DNA from: Candidatus Omnitrophota bacterium
Lineage (GTDB): Bacteria > Omnitrophota > Gorgyraeia > 2-01-FULL-45-10
Assembly: GCA_022703295.1 (NCBI GenBank)
Contig: JAKLDX010000001.1
Coordinates: forward strand, 1-37,600
Direction of reading: 5' to 3'
Length of the DNA stretch: 37,600 bases
The notes beneath the pieces are model-generated. The model ran no database searches, was not told the origin of the DNA, and was given only the letters and a program-made list of their open reading frames with translations. Positions 5,495-15,284 of the stretch are shown here, piece by piece; position 1 is the stretch's first letter, and each line of letters opens with the position of its first letter. The position numbers were made by a program, and so were the translations under genes.

Positions 5495-6733
5495 ATGCCG
5501 TTAAAATGGAAATTGATACTTATCTTTATTTTAGCTTTTTGTATCCGCCTTGCCATGAACGTTATTTTCCAGGGGATTGATTCACCGCCAGATCTGGGCA
5601 TGGGGCCTGACCACGTAGAATATGAACAGCTTGCCCGCAATGTCATTAATGGCAACGGATACGTGCTGGACCAGCATCTGAAGGTCCCGAATACGCTCAG
5701 GGCGCCGGGGACATCTTTATTGCTGGCGATATTCTACGGCATATTCGGCATACATTATTATGTAGCGAGGATCTTATTCATCACAATCAGCTCATTAACA
5801 TGCATTGTGACCTATTTTCTCGGCGCGAAACTCGGCGGCAGGAAAATGGGCATTGCCGCGGCGCTTATTCTGGCGCTTTATCCGATGCATTTTTATTACA
5901 GCATGCATTTATTCTCCGAGGTCCCGTTCGCGTTTTTTATAAGCCTCGCCATCCTGGCCGCGATATTGATGCGCGAGAAGAAGTCCGTATTTTTTGCGGT
6001 GTTGCTGGGACTGTTTTCCGGCATGAGCGCCCTTACCAGATCGCTGGCCATATTTTATTTACCGGCCTACATCCTGCTCCTTTGCTTATTCCGGGAAAAA
6101 GGCGAATCGAGAACGCTTATAAAATTAAGCGCGATATCAATCGTCTCTTTTACGCTTTGCATTTCTCCGTGGGTAGTCAGGAATTATATAGTTACAGGGC
6201 ACATTGTGCCCGTATCGACGCATGGAGGGGTGACTTTCCTGGGGGCGCACAACGAAATCGTTTTGCGTGACCCTGCCCTGATCGGCTATTATGCGGAGAA
6301 ACTGGATGACAAAAGCGTGCTGTACAGAAAGGACATGACCGTCTATGCCAAAGATAGAGAGGCATACAGGGCCGGGTTTGATTTTTTAAAGGAACATCTC
6401 AGCGATATTCCCAGGCTGGAGCTTATGAAACTTTACCGGGCCATAACGCCTTTTTATAACACGCCGAATAAGATGTTTAATCTGATAGGGGGGGTGTCCT
6501 GGCTTATATTGATGCCGTTCGCGTTCCTGGGCATTATTATCACTCTGAAAAACCGGTCGTTTGTTCCGCTGCTCGCGGCAGTAGCGCTTACATTAGCCGT
6601 TGTACTTTTTTTCTACGGAGACCACAGGTTCAGGGAGGCCATAGCGCCTGTTCTGGTGCTCTATGGAAGTGCCGGACTATTTTTTTGCGGAAACTACGTA
6701 TTGCCCTCCAAGGGGCAGCCACCAGAGCGATGA
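5495..6733 (+). CDS. GT-C family glycosyltransferase (ArnT / dolichyl-phosphate-mannose-protein mannosyltransferase-like, PMT_2)
   Basis: ATG 5495 is preceded by AAAGGAG. The pattern D..EYEQLARNVINGNGY ... RAPGTSLLLAIFYGIFG ... CIVTYFLGAKLGG...AAALILALYPMHFYYS is the classic ArnT/PMT_2 N-terminal pattern. The protein is polytopic. Confidence 0.7.
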   Translation: MPLKWKLILIFILAFCIRLAMNVIFQGIDSPPDLGMGPDHVEYEQLARNVINGNGYVLDQHLKVPNTLRAPGTSLLLAIFYGIFGIHYYVARILFITISSLTCIVTYFLGAKLGGRKMGIAAALILALYPMHFYYSMHLFSEVPFAFFISLAILAAILMREKKSVFFAVLLGLFSGMSALTRSLAIFYLPAYILLLCLFREKGESRTLIKLSAISIVSFTLCISPWVVRNYIVTGHIVPVSTHGGVTFLGAHNEIVLRDPALIGYYAEKLDDKSVLYRKDMTVYAKDREAYRAGFDFLKEHLSDIPRLELMKLYRAITPFYNTPNKMFNLIGGVSWLILMPFAFLGIIITLKNRSFVPLLAAVALTLAVVLFFYGDHRFREAIAPVLVLYGSAGLFFCGNYVLPSKGQPPER

Positions 6734-7426
6734 CTCTAATTTTTCTATTAATTTCCACCGCAGGCGCGGCGGGAAAAAAAGCAGATACTGCGTCCTGACA
6801 TTTTCGAATCCGGCCATAGATAACATCTTCTCGATAACTCCTGCTTTCACGAGCACCGCGTTGCGGTCCACATATGTCCTGCTGACGATCCATTTTGTTA
6901 AAGGATTTATAGGGTTGTGCTCAAACAGGACTAGGCGGCCTCCTGGCTTTAAGACGCGTTTTAGTTCGGCGAATATTTCGCCGTATTTTGACCGGTCGAT
7001 ATGATGAAAAACACAGGAAACCATGATCACATCGTATGAATCATCCGGAGAATTTATTTTGCCGTCCTCTTTTATCAGATGCAACGACGGTACGGGGCCG
7101 CACTGCCAGCGCTTGACGGCCTCTGTGATCATGCATTCGGAGATATCGCACCCTTCGACCCTGCCGGCAAAACCCATTTTATGCAGGACCTGAAGAGATT
7201 CCCCGGTTCCGCAGCCAAAATCCAATAATCTTATATTTTCCGGGGGTAATTCGCGGGGAAAGGGGTCCTTTTTCAGGTATTCAAACAACCACCTGATTCT
7301 GATGCCGATGAAGCTCTCGATAGTATTTCCGAAAATACGTTTGACCGGGTTTTCCATTCCGGCCGAATACCCGGCGGCATAAGAATCGAATTCGGCCTTT
7401 TCTCTGTGAGCGGGCTCGTTCTTCAT
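6677..7426 (-). CDS. Class I SAM-dependent methyltransferase
   Basis: Motif I is LLDFGCGTGESL, followed by the post-I acidic residue (VEGCDIS) and VIMVSCVFHHI. Start ATG 7426 forms an ATGA overlap with the upstream GT2 stop. The longer ORF reaching 7531 would overlap that gene by ~100 nt. Confidence 0.8.
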   Translation of the reverse strand: MKNEPAHREKAEFDSYAAGYSAGMENPVKRIFGNTIESFIGIRIRWLFEYLKKDPFPRELPPENIRLLDFGCGTGESLQVLHKMGFAGRVEGCDISECMITEAVKRWQCGPVPSLHLIKEDGKINSPDDSYDVIMVSCVFHHIDRSKYGEIFAELKRVLKPGGRLVLFEHNPINPLTKWIVSRTYVDRNAVLVKAGVIEKMLSMAGFENVRTQYLLFFPPRLRWKLIEKLESSLWWLPLGGQYVVSAKK

Positions 7427-8151
7427 GGCATCTTGTTTTTGTGTATTGTGAATCGCATTCTCAGGAGGCCTAAAATATCCTCGATGACAGTCTTTGTGAT
7501 ATGCACTTTTGTCTTTATGTCCTCTATCCACTCCACCGGCACTTCGAAAATTCTGTATTTGTAATATTCGGCCAGAAGCAGCAGCTCTGTGTCAAAAAAC
7601 CAATTATTATTCTTGATCATCGGGATAAGGTGCCTGGCAACATCATTCCTCATTGCCTTGAAACCGCATTGTGCATCCGAAAACTTATTAAAGAACAAAA
7701 GCTTGATGATAGAATTATATATCCTTGAAACGATCTCCCGCTTCAGGCTCCTCTTTATTCTGGATGCCTGCATCAGCCTTGAGCCGATAGATATGTCAAA
7801 TCCGCAAGCGATGCCCTCGATCAGCAGTTTCAAGTAGCGTATGTTGGTGGAAAGGTCCACATCCATATAACATACGATGTCAGCGCCGCTTTTTAAGAAC
7901 GCAGCCCTGAGCGCATGCCCTCTGCCCTTGACGGGGATATGCATATATTTGACCCCGTTATATTTTGCCGATAGAGCGGCTGCGATTTTCGGGGTATTGT
8001 CCGAGGAAGCATTATCGGCTATTATTATGTTCCAGGAAAAATCAGCAACTTTTGATAAATATCCATGCAGGATAAGCACGTTCTTTTGTAAACACGCCTC
8101 TTCGTTATATACAGGTATTATTATGTCCGCGCTCAATATTTTCTTGTACAT
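7423..8151 (-). CDS. GT2 glycosyltransferase, polyprenyl-phosphate sugar synthase-like (Dpm1/ArnC/GtrB type)
   Basis: IIIPVYNEE ... IIIADNASSDNT ... YMDVDLS ... SIGSR motifs. Small soluble GT-A fold of about 240 aa. Confidence 0.8.
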   Translation of the reverse strand: MYKKILSADIIIPVYNEEACLQKNVLILHGYLSKVADFSWNIIIADNASSDNTPKIAAALSAKYNGVKYMHIPVKGRGHALRAAFLKSGADIVCYMDVDLSTNIRYLKLLIEGIACGFDISIGSRLMQASRIKRSLKREIVSRIYNSIIKLLFFNKFSDAQCGFKAMRNDVARHLIPMIKNNNWFFDTELLLLAEYYKYRIFEVPVEWIEDIKTKVHITKTVIEDILGLLRMRFTIHKNKMP

Positions 8152-8163
8152 TTTTCCTTCCCC

Positions 8164-9660
8164 CTAAGTCCTTGCGCCGGCTTTTCTTAAGAATATGAAT
8201 ATTTTATTTGCCCTGAGGTCCAGCCTGTCTTTGCCGATTATTTTTATAAGCTGCGCATCTTTAAGCCTGCAGAAGTCATAAGAGAATACGGTTGATTTGC
8301 CTTTTCGCGATAAGATGATGTAGTATTCGTCTACGCTGTTATCCGGCTTTTCCGCACCGGCTGAGGGTATTTGTCTGACGAGGTTCCGGCCAAGGTATAA
8401 ATTTAAAAAACCCGGGCTTGTAGAATAAAAATCAGCGTCCTTAATGCCGGAAATGAATTTAGCGACGCCTTTATAGTCCGCTCTGTCATTATCGATGAAT
8501 ACGTTTGAAACAAAGGTGGGAAGGGTGGAGATGATGATGAATAATGATACGATCGACACGAATAAAGTCTTATGCTCGGGTCTGCACATCTTGTCCGAAA
8601 GATACGCTATGCATAACGCCGTCAATATTACTATATACGGGAACATGCCGTATATGTAGTCTGGCCTGAAGTAGCTGTATTTGAAAATAATGAATAGCGG
8701 AATGGGCATAAGGGCGACCGCAGTCGAGAAAAAGTATCTGTTCAGAACCGTGTTCCTGAAATCTCTTGTTAAAAACATGAGGAGCACCGCACTCAAAATC
8801 ACGATAGGGTAGAACGGGCCTATGTTGAATAGCAAAGAAAGAACGGCGTGGACAGCGGATTCGCTCATAACATTATCTACTGACCTATCGCCCGCCACCA
8901 TCCCCGAATAGAAAAACACAATGATGTTAACGCCTATGATTATCGCTATCACCGCGAATGCGGATACAAACGTCACTATAGAGGATGAGGATATTTTGGC
9001 GAGGTCATTCCTGTTATAATAAAAATGGGACACCAGCATACACAATAGAAAAAGAGTGGTTATGGCACCAAAGGCATGGATTGAATTTGGTATCAACATA
9101 CACAGGGCCAGGATGATAAAATGAAAAGCCCGGGCCGACCCCTGAGCGATCCTGGCCAGCACATATTCAAGGCATAACAGGCCCAGCATCGAAGCGAACG
9201 CCCATAGTACGTAGAACCTTATATAGGAGGAATTAAATTGCGCCCAGGGATGGAATAAAAAAAGCGCCGCAGCTATTATGCCGACCGCGAAGGAATACTT
9301 TCTTGACGATATAAATACCAGCAACGTTGTCAGTGCGCCGAAGATTATCACGATAAGGCGCAAAAACGCGAAATCATGGCTGAACAGAAGAGCCGCCTTT
9401 ATTATGATGAAAAACAAGGGAAAACAGATAGCGGGGTTGTCGCCTATGCCGCGGGGGGCTGCCTTATCTATTTCCTTATAATTTAAGAAATTCCGCAGTA
9501 AAAGGTAGTTGGCTATGCTTTGTCTGGTGACGGTCTGAGCCTCAGCCTTGCTGAAAAGCTCATTGTATTCGACATTGATGTTCTTGTAATTATATGTCCC
9601 TATAAAAAGCGCGGCGCCAAACACTATCAGCGCCGATATTATACCGATCCCTTTACGCAT
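8164..9660 (-). CDS. Polytopic membrane protein, GT-C / PMT_2-like glycosyltransferase
   Basis: 498 aa with more than 10 TM segments. The N-terminal third (FPLFFIIIKAALLF ... IFGALTTLLVFISSRKY ... AAALFLFHPWAQFNSSYIRFY) resembles the ArnT/PMT_2 layout. A C-terminal soluble domain is present. Confidence 0.5.
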   Translation of the reverse strand: MRKGIGIISALIVFGAALFIGTYNYKNINVEYNELFSKAEAQTVTRQSIANYLLLRNFLNYKEIDKAAPRGIGDNPAICFPLFFIIIKAALLFSHDFAFLRLIVIIFGALTTLLVFISSRKYSFAVGIIAAALFLFHPWAQFNSSYIRFYVLWAFASMLGLLCLEYVLARIAQGSARAFHFIILALCMLIPNSIHAFGAITTLFLLCMLVSHFYYNRNDLAKISSSSIVTFVSAFAVIAIIIGVNIIVFFYSGMVAGDRSVDNVMSESAVHAVLSLLFNIGPFYPIVILSAVLLMFLTRDFRNTVLNRYFFSTAVALMPIPLFIIFKYSYFRPDYIYGMFPYIVILTALCIAYLSDKMCRPEHKTLFVSIVSLFIIISTLPTFVSNVFIDNDRADYKGVAKFISGIKDADFYSTSPGFLNLYLGRNLVRQIPSAGAEKPDNSVDEYYIILSRKGKSTVFSYDFCRLKDAQLIKIIGKDRLDLRANKIFIFLRKAGART

Positions 9661-9853
9661 AATTCGATTTTCCGTATAAAATGATTTATTTCGCTTTTTT
9701 CAACAGCTTTATTGAAAGTATATCATATTAAAGAATTATTTCAAGTATGCGGACTACAGCATTGATGAGGCATGCCTCCTTAGGCGCCATCGCCCGGCAG
9801 GCTTTTCGGCAAAATATATTGCCAATGAGTGCCGGCGGATGTAAAATAAAAAT

Positions 9854-11329
9854 GTGGCTATACTACTTAACAGACCATCTTCAAACCCGGAAATAATCCG
9901 GCTCATCGTTATCTGCATTGTCATATCTGCGATGATCCTGATACCCCTGAGGGTAATGGGGTACGGTTTTCTTCCTCTGGACGACGCATTGCGTCACGTT
10001 GCCAAAGCTCTTTCCGGCAAAGGATGGGAAGATATTGTAGTATTGCGTAAAGGCATGACGCTCGACGACCACCCGGGATATCACGCGTTGCTGAGGGCCG
10101 TATATAACATTACGAAGTGGCAGTGCGACGAGCTTCTCTCTTTTTCTGTCATAATCCTGTTTATGCTTTTTTGTATCAGCCCGATATTTTTTCTGAAGCG
10201 GCCGGAGGCATGGGCTGCCGCATTATTCGTCGTCACAATAACGAATTTCGCGTTTATCATGCGTCTTTTTTTCGGCAGGCCGTATATAATAGCGATGGCA
10301 ACGGTGGTGATACTGCTGTTCGCCTGGCCGCGCCTGAAGGACCGGAAGCGCCCCTACGGGACAATGGCGCTCGTGACTGTTATGATGGCCCTGTCGACGT
10401 GGATCCACTGCAGCTGGTACCTGCTTATATTGCCCGTAATCTGTTTTGCCATTGCCAGACAGTGGCGTGTAGCCGCTATTGCCGGTGCATGCACGCTGGC
10501 CGGCATACTTCTGGGAGCCATGCTTACAGGGCATCCGCTGTTATTCTTCAGGGAGAACATCGCCCACGCTTTTCTGGTCTTCAATAACCACCCCCTTCCG
10601 CGCACGCTCACCATGGAACTGAGGCCGTTTACCGGAGACGCCATGACGGCCATAGCAGTAGTGCTAGTCCTGTTGTGGCGGCGCGCCAGAGGCGAGTGGG
10701 ACCGGAAATGCGCGGATAATCCGGCATTTATTCTTGCGATCGCCGGATGGGTTCTCGGCTTTTTCGTATACCGGTTTTGGCTCGATCTTGGCCTGCCGGC
10801 GGCACTTGTCTGGATGGCGCAGGAGTTCGAATGTATATTCAGCAAAAAGCAGTTTTCCCGCCACTCAAACAGGCTGATATTCAGCGTGCTTATAATCTCC
10901 GTGCTATACCTGAACATAACCAATGACATAAACAACAGATGGACGGATAACCCCGCGGCGGAGTACCTTTATAATAAGGACCCCGAACTGGCGTCCTGGA
11001 TGCCGGGCCGGGGCGGCATAGTGTACAGCGACGACCTGCGCGTCTTCTTCGCGACCTTCTTTAAATATCCTCATGCGCCATGGCGGTATATGGTGGGATT
11101 CGAACCCGGACTAATGCCTCCGGGCGACCTGGCGGTATTTATGAATATACAGATGAGCCACGGGGCGCCGGAGTCGTTCTATCCATGGGTAAGAAAGATG
11201 CGGCGCGAGGACCGGCTGATCGTTACGCCGGGATCCGGCAGAGAGCCAGGGATACCGGAGCTAGAATGGTATTATGCAGGCTCCGGATTGTGGATAGGCC
11301 GCCTGCCCGATCAGCCTGTGCGGACATAA
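9854..11329 (+). CDS. Polytopic membrane protein with a C-terminal soluble domain; possible GT-C-like or polymerase-like enzyme
   Basis: 491-aa ORF with a GTG start. About 9-10 hydrophobic segments are followed by a ~130-aa hydrophilic tail. I see no diagnostic motif, so the assignment rests on genomic context. Confidence 0.35.
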   Translation: MAILLNRPSSNPEIIRLIVICIVISAMILIPLRVMGYGFLPLDDALRHVAKALSGKGWEDIVVLRKGMTLDDHPGYHALLRAVYNITKWQCDELLSFSVIILFMLFCISPIFFLKRPEAWAAALFVVTITNFAFIMRLFFGRPYIIAMATVVILLFAWPRLKDRKRPYGTMALVTVMMALSTWIHCSWYLLILPVICFAIARQWRVAAIAGACTLAGILLGAMLTGHPLLFFRENIAHAFLVFNNHPLPRTLTMELRPFTGDAMTAIAVVLVLLWRRARGEWDRKCADNPAFILAIAGWVLGFFVYRFWLDLGLPAALVWMAQEFECIFSKKQFSRHSNRLIFSVLIISVLYLNITNDINNRWTDNPAAEYLYNKDPELASWMPGRGGIVYSDDLRVFFATFFKYPHAPWRYMVGFEPGLMPPGDLAVFMNIQMSHGAPESFYPWVRKMRREDRLIVTPGSGREPGIPELEWYYAGSGLWIGRLPDQPVRT

Positions 11330-11449
11330 AACTTCTAATCATGTTTTTTCTTTCTTCTGTCTGCGCCCTGGGTTATAATAACCGGTGATATATACTGTAT
11401 ATCCATACGGAAGTCATATTAATATGATATGTGCGGACGCAATATCGCT

Positions 11450-12715
11450 ATGGAAAGTTTTAAAAAATTCATAAGTTCCGACCTGGCATTCAAAATATTC
11501 TTGGCGATATTTGTAATCTGGGTGGGGGCGGCGGCTGTAGTGAGGGGAGGGAACGACTTAAAGGTCGATTTTTTCGGCGCTGGGCAGGTGTTCCAGAAGA
11601 TGTCTCCGTATGATAACCCCACGGATACAAATCGCCCGCTTTTCAGATACGCCCCGCTATTCGCCGCGATGATCTACCCGTTTCTCCTTCTGAATAAAAT
11701 AACCCACGGCACCGCCGTAATAAACAGATACGTCATTGAATACAAGGATATCTGGTTTTCCATAACGGCATTCTACATCTTTAAGATCATCCTGTTGTCC
11801 CTCACGGCATTTTTCATGCTCAGGATGTTCCCGTCGGGAGAAAAAAAGCGCTGGAGGAATTTTAAAATAGCGTTCATGCTTTCCGTGCCGTTCACCGCGT
11901 ATGAACTCGCGAATAATCAGAATAAACTGATAGCGCTGTTCTTCGTAGTATTTTCCCTGTTCTTGTTCGAAAGAAAGAGGGCATGGCTTTCCGGGGTATT
12001 TTTTAACCTGGCCCTGGTTGTCTATGTCCCGCTGGCCGCATTTATACTCTATTTCCTGAAATACAAAAAAACCTTCATAATTATTTTCATAGTCACCATG
12101 CTTCTGGTGTTCGCGGTCCTGCCGTCTTTTATATGGGGGTTCGATTTTAATAATTTTCTTCTGAAGGACTGGTTCATCCGGTGCCTTAAGCCGTTTTTCA
12201 TGACAGACACCTATTCGGCATATGTCGAGCTTAGGAATAACAGTCAGAGCCTGCCGAGCGCCATAGGCAGGATATTCGTCTCGGATCATATAGGCGGTTA
12301 TCGATACTCCATTTCTCCTTTTGCTGTACATATGATAGTCCGGACTCTATCCGCTGTCATAGGCTTATTATCCATCCTGGCAATATGGCTTCCGTCGGGC
12401 AAGACCAAGGAACTGCAGATCTGCATACCTCTTATATTATCTTTGATCCTGCCGCAATACTGCATTTTTTATACCTGGGCATACCTTTTGGTGATATATT
12501 TCTGCGTCTTCAATTACATCAGCGATCCGTCCGCCGATGAGCGGTCAAGGAAGATCCTTCTTGCCTTGAGCGTTGCGGTATTTTTCGCCAGCTGCCTGAG
12601 CCTTTCCAAGGCGCTAAAGGCTGTTTCTTTGTTTTTCTGGGCCACCCTGGCCCTGTGGGCCGGGCTGGTGTATGTCCTGCTCATGGAAAACCGGACCAGG
12701 ACCAGATCGACATGA
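11450..12715 (+). CDS. Polytopic membrane protein, DUF2029 / GT87-like (GT-C) glycosyltransferase
   Basis: ATG 11450 (the ORF is open from 11429). GGNDLKVDFFGAGQVFQKMSPYD fits the D-x(n)-Y/F...G..PY signature near TM1 of the DUF2029 family. About 11 TM segments. Confidence 0.45.
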   Translation: MESFKKFISSDLAFKIFLAIFVIWVGAAAVVRGGNDLKVDFFGAGQVFQKMSPYDNPTDTNRPLFRYAPLFAAMIYPFLLLNKITHGTAVINRYVIEYKDIWFSITAFYIFKIILLSLTAFFMLRMFPSGEKKRWRNFKIAFMLSVPFTAYELANNQNKLIALFFVVFSLFLFERKRAWLSGVFFNLALVVYVPLAAFILYFLKYKKTFIIIFIVTMLLVFAVLPSFIWGFDFNNFLLKDWFIRCLKPFFMTDTYSAYVELRNNSQSLPSAIGRIFVSDHIGGYRYSISPFAVHMIVRTLSAVIGLLSILAIWLPSGKTKELQICIPLILSLILPQYCIFYTWAYLLVIYFCVFNYISDPSADERSRKILLALSVAVFFASCLSLSKALKAVSLFFWATLALWAGLVYVLLMENRTRTRST

Positions 12716-13434
12716 ATAAAAACATTTCCGTCGTGCTCATCGCGCATAACGAAGAATCGAATATCGGGAAGATGGTACACGGGCTTAAAAACTCATACGA
12801 CAAAGAGATCCTGGAGATAGTCGTGGTCGATGATAACAGCACCGACCGGACATCAGCCGTGGTCAGAGAACTTCAAAAGGATTATGATAATTTAAAACTT
12901 GTGAACAGAAAACCTCCGTGCGGCGTGGGCAGGGCCCTGAAAACGGGTTTTCGCTCGGTGGACGACAGGGCGGAATACATCCTGACCATGGACAGCGATT
13001 TCATTGATAATATAGATCAGGTCAGGGCCCTGATAAAAGAAGCAGAAAAAGGCTTCGACGGCGTGATAGGCTCTCGATATATAAAAGGGGGCAGGCTAAT
13101 CAATTATCCTTTTCTTAAAAAGTTCATGAACAGGTGCTTTCATCTGACGCTCAGGGCCCTGTGCAACGTAAATGTGGCAGATACCTCGAACAATTTCAAA
13201 CTTTACAAACGAAAGCTTTTTCAGGGCCTTCCTTATCTGAGTGATGATTTTGCGATGAATGCGGAGACGGGAATATTGCCGGTGCTTTTCGGATATAGCA
13301 TAAAAGAAGTCCCTGTATCCTGGACGGGCAGGACCGGCAATATGGGGAAATCGAAATTCAGCCTGTTGAAGAACGCCTCGAGTTATATGAGGGTAATAAC
13401 TAACGTGATCGGCAAAAAATATAAGGTGAATTAG
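12712..13434 (+). CDS. GT2 glycosyltransferase, Dpm1-like polyprenyl-phosphate sugar synthase
   Basis: ATG 12712 forms an ATGA overlap with the upstream stop. Motifs: [11 protein letters not shown] ... [11 protein letters not shown] ... TMDSDF ... VIGSRY. Confidence 0.8.
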   Translation: MNKNISVVLIAHNEESNIGKMVHGLKNSYDKEILEIVVVDDNSTDRTSAVVRELQKDYDNLKLVNRKPPCGVGRALKTGFRSVDDRAEYILTMDSDFIDNIDQVRALIKEAEKGFDGVIGSRYIKGGRLINYPFLKKFMNRCFHLTLRALCNVNVADTSNNFKLYKRKLFQGLPYLSDDFAMNAETGILPVLFGYSIKEVPVSWTGRTGNMGKSKFSLLKNASSYMRVITNVIGKKYKVN

Positions 13435-14531
13435 TGAAGCGAAGATTAATTGTTACCGGCTCCGCGGGGTTGATAGGGTCGGAGATATGCGCGTATTTCG
13501 GGAGCCTGGGGTGGGAGATTTACGGGGTGGACAACAATCAGCGCGCGGCTTTTTTCGGGCCGGAGGGCGACGTCACCCGGAACCGGGAACGAACGGAATC
13601 GACCGTTGACGGGTATAAGCATTACAATATAGACATCAGGGACCGCGTGAAGATACCGGGCCTCGTGAAGGCGGCGAAGCCCGACGCGATCGTAAATTGT
13701 GCCGCGCAGCCAAGCCACGACCTTGCCGCGCAGATCCCGTTCGACGATTTCGATATCAACGCGGCGGGGACACTAAATCTGCTGGAGGCTGCGAGGCGAC
13801 ATTCGCCGGATGCCGTATTCGTGCATATGTCCACTAACAAAGTTTACGGCGACGCGCCCAATGAGATAGCCATGAAGGAACTGGCGACACGATGGGACTA
13901 CGCGGACAAACAATATGAGAGCGGTATCCCCGAGACGTTCAGGATCGACCGCTCTAAACATTCGCTTTTCGGGGCGTCGAAACTCGCCGCCGATGTCCTG
14001 GTCCAGGAATACGGCAGGTATTTCGGCATGAAAACCTGTGCCTTGCGCGGCGGCTGCCTGACAGGGCCTAATCATGCCGGCGTCGAACTGCACGGTTTTT
14101 TAAGTTATCTGGCAAAGTGTAATATAGAAGGCCGCATGTATAAAATATACGGCTATAAAGGAAAGCAGGTCCGGGACAATATCCATTCTTTTGATGTGGC
14201 GAGGTTTGTAGAGGAATTTATCGGGCGTCCCAGGTGCGGTGAAGTTTATAATCTGGGCGGAGGCAAAGGGAATTCATGCTCTATCCTGGAAGCCTTTGAG
14301 ACGGCAGCGTCTATTACGGGCAAAAAAATGATATATGAATATACCGGCAAAAACAGAGAAGGAGACCACATCTGTTATTATAGCGATCTCGGCAAGGCGC
14401 GAAGCCATTATCCGGACTGGTCCATAACGAAATCTCTTGACGATATATTTGAAGAAATAATTTCCTCGTGGGAGGACAGGATAGCGAAGACAGGAAAAAA
14501 CAGAACAGTGAAAAAGGGGGAACAGGTATGA
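13434..14531 (+). CDS. Extended short-chain dehydrogenase/reductase (NAD-dependent sugar-nucleotide epimerase/dehydratase family)
   Basis: GTG start overlapping the previous stop (TAGTG). Rossmann motif TGSAGLIGS, then MSTNKVYG, then an xxxK motif that reads LFGASK (Phe where the catalytic Tyr is expected). Confidence 0.8.
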   Translation: MKRRLIVTGSAGLIGSEICAYFGSLGWEIYGVDNNQRAAFFGPEGDVTRNRERTESTVDGYKHYNIDIRDRVKIPGLVKAAKPDAIVNCAAQPSHDLAAQIPFDDFDINAAGTLNLLEAARRHSPDAVFVHMSTNKVYGDAPNEIAMKELATRWDYADKQYESGIPETFRIDRSKHSLFGASKLAADVLVQEYGRYFGMKTCALRGGCLTGPNHAGVELHGFLSYLAKCNIEGRMYKIYGYKGKQVRDNIHSFDVARFVEEFIGRPRCGEVYNLGGGKGNSCSILEAFETAASITGKKMIYEYTGKNREGDHICYYSDLGKARSHYPDWSITKSLDDIFEEIISSWEDRIAKTGKNRTVKKGEQV

Positions 14532-15259
14532 AGCACAAAGGCGCGATTTTTGCGGTCATAGTTGTTTGTATAGCTGCCTTCTTTTTAATATCGGACGCAA
14601 CTTCCAGGTATCCGGAGAACAAATGGACAAGGCTAGTTGAACAATGCGGCAGGGTCCTGGCGAATGTACGGAATATGTCCGACCAGAGCATACCCGAGGG
14701 CACCCTCCTCGACGCTAAGGCTATAGGCATATTCCCGTCCACCATCTCCGCCGGATTAGGGCTTGGCGGTGAATACGGCCAGGGGATCATAATGGTTAAA
14801 GACAAACTGGGCGGGCGATGGTCAAGCCCGGCCATATTTACTTTAGCCGGGGGGAGCATAGGATGGCAAATAGGAGGCCAGGCGACAGATATTATCCTCA
14901 TATTCAGGGACCAGCAGAGCGTGAATGCTATTCTGCAGGGGAAGCTTAAGCTGGGCGCCGATGCCTCTGTCGCGGCCGGGCCGGTCGGCAGGAACGCGTC
15001 TGCCGCGACCGACATACAATTTAAGGGCGGCATATTATCATATTCTGTAAGCCGTGGGCTATTTATAGGGGCAAGGCTCGAAGGGGCCGTATTGACGCAG
15101 CACTGGGACGGCAATCAGGAATTATACGGTAAGCGGCTCTCCGCCGAGGAGATACTGTTCGAGAACAAGGCGAAGATGCCGAAATGCGCACGCCGGGTGC
15201 TGAGAGCATTGGCCAGATATAAAATATTAATGTATATTATAAATAAGTTTTCAAAATAA
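14528..15259 (+). CDS. SYLF (Ysc84/DUF500) lipid-binding domain protein with N-terminal signal/anchor
   Basis: ATG 14528 forms an ATGA overlap with the SDR stop. Hydrophobic N-terminus [16 protein letters not shown]. The motifs [12 protein letters not shown] ... [11 protein letters not shown] ... [14 protein letters not shown] ... [15 protein letters not shown] are typical of SYLF domains. Confidence 0.7.
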   Translation: MKHKGAIFAVIVVCIAAFFLISDATSRYPENKWTRLVEQCGRVLANVRNMSDQSIPEGTLLDAKAIGIFPSTISAGLGLGGEYGQGIIMVKDKLGGRWSSPAIFTLAGGSIGWQIGGQATDIILIFRDQQSVNAILQGKLKLGADASVAAGPVGRNASAATDIQFKGGILSYSVSRGLFIGARLEGAVLTQHWDGNQELYGKRLSAEEILFENKAKMPKCARRVLRALARYKILMYIINKFSK

Positions 15260-15284
15260 GAATAAGCGGCAAAAGGCATAAATA

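Noticed and set aside
6677-6733. 57-nt overlap of convergent gene ends (GT-C gene versus methyltransferase), and a 33-nt overlap at 22562-22594 (DUF2062 versus cstA)
   Set aside because: Both overlaps are real in the sequence. However, tail-to-tail overlaps of this size are common in compact genomes, and I see no additional signal such as a shared terminator or antisense regulation.
9661-9853. Palindromes in divergent or intergenic regions: GAGGCATGCCTC at ~9765-9776, and GATATA-TACTG-TATATC and CATATTAATATG at ~11386-11426
   Set aside because: They are short, single-copy palindromes in AT-rich promoter regions. They are plausible operators, but there is no adjacent regulator gene and no repeated occurrence to support a call.
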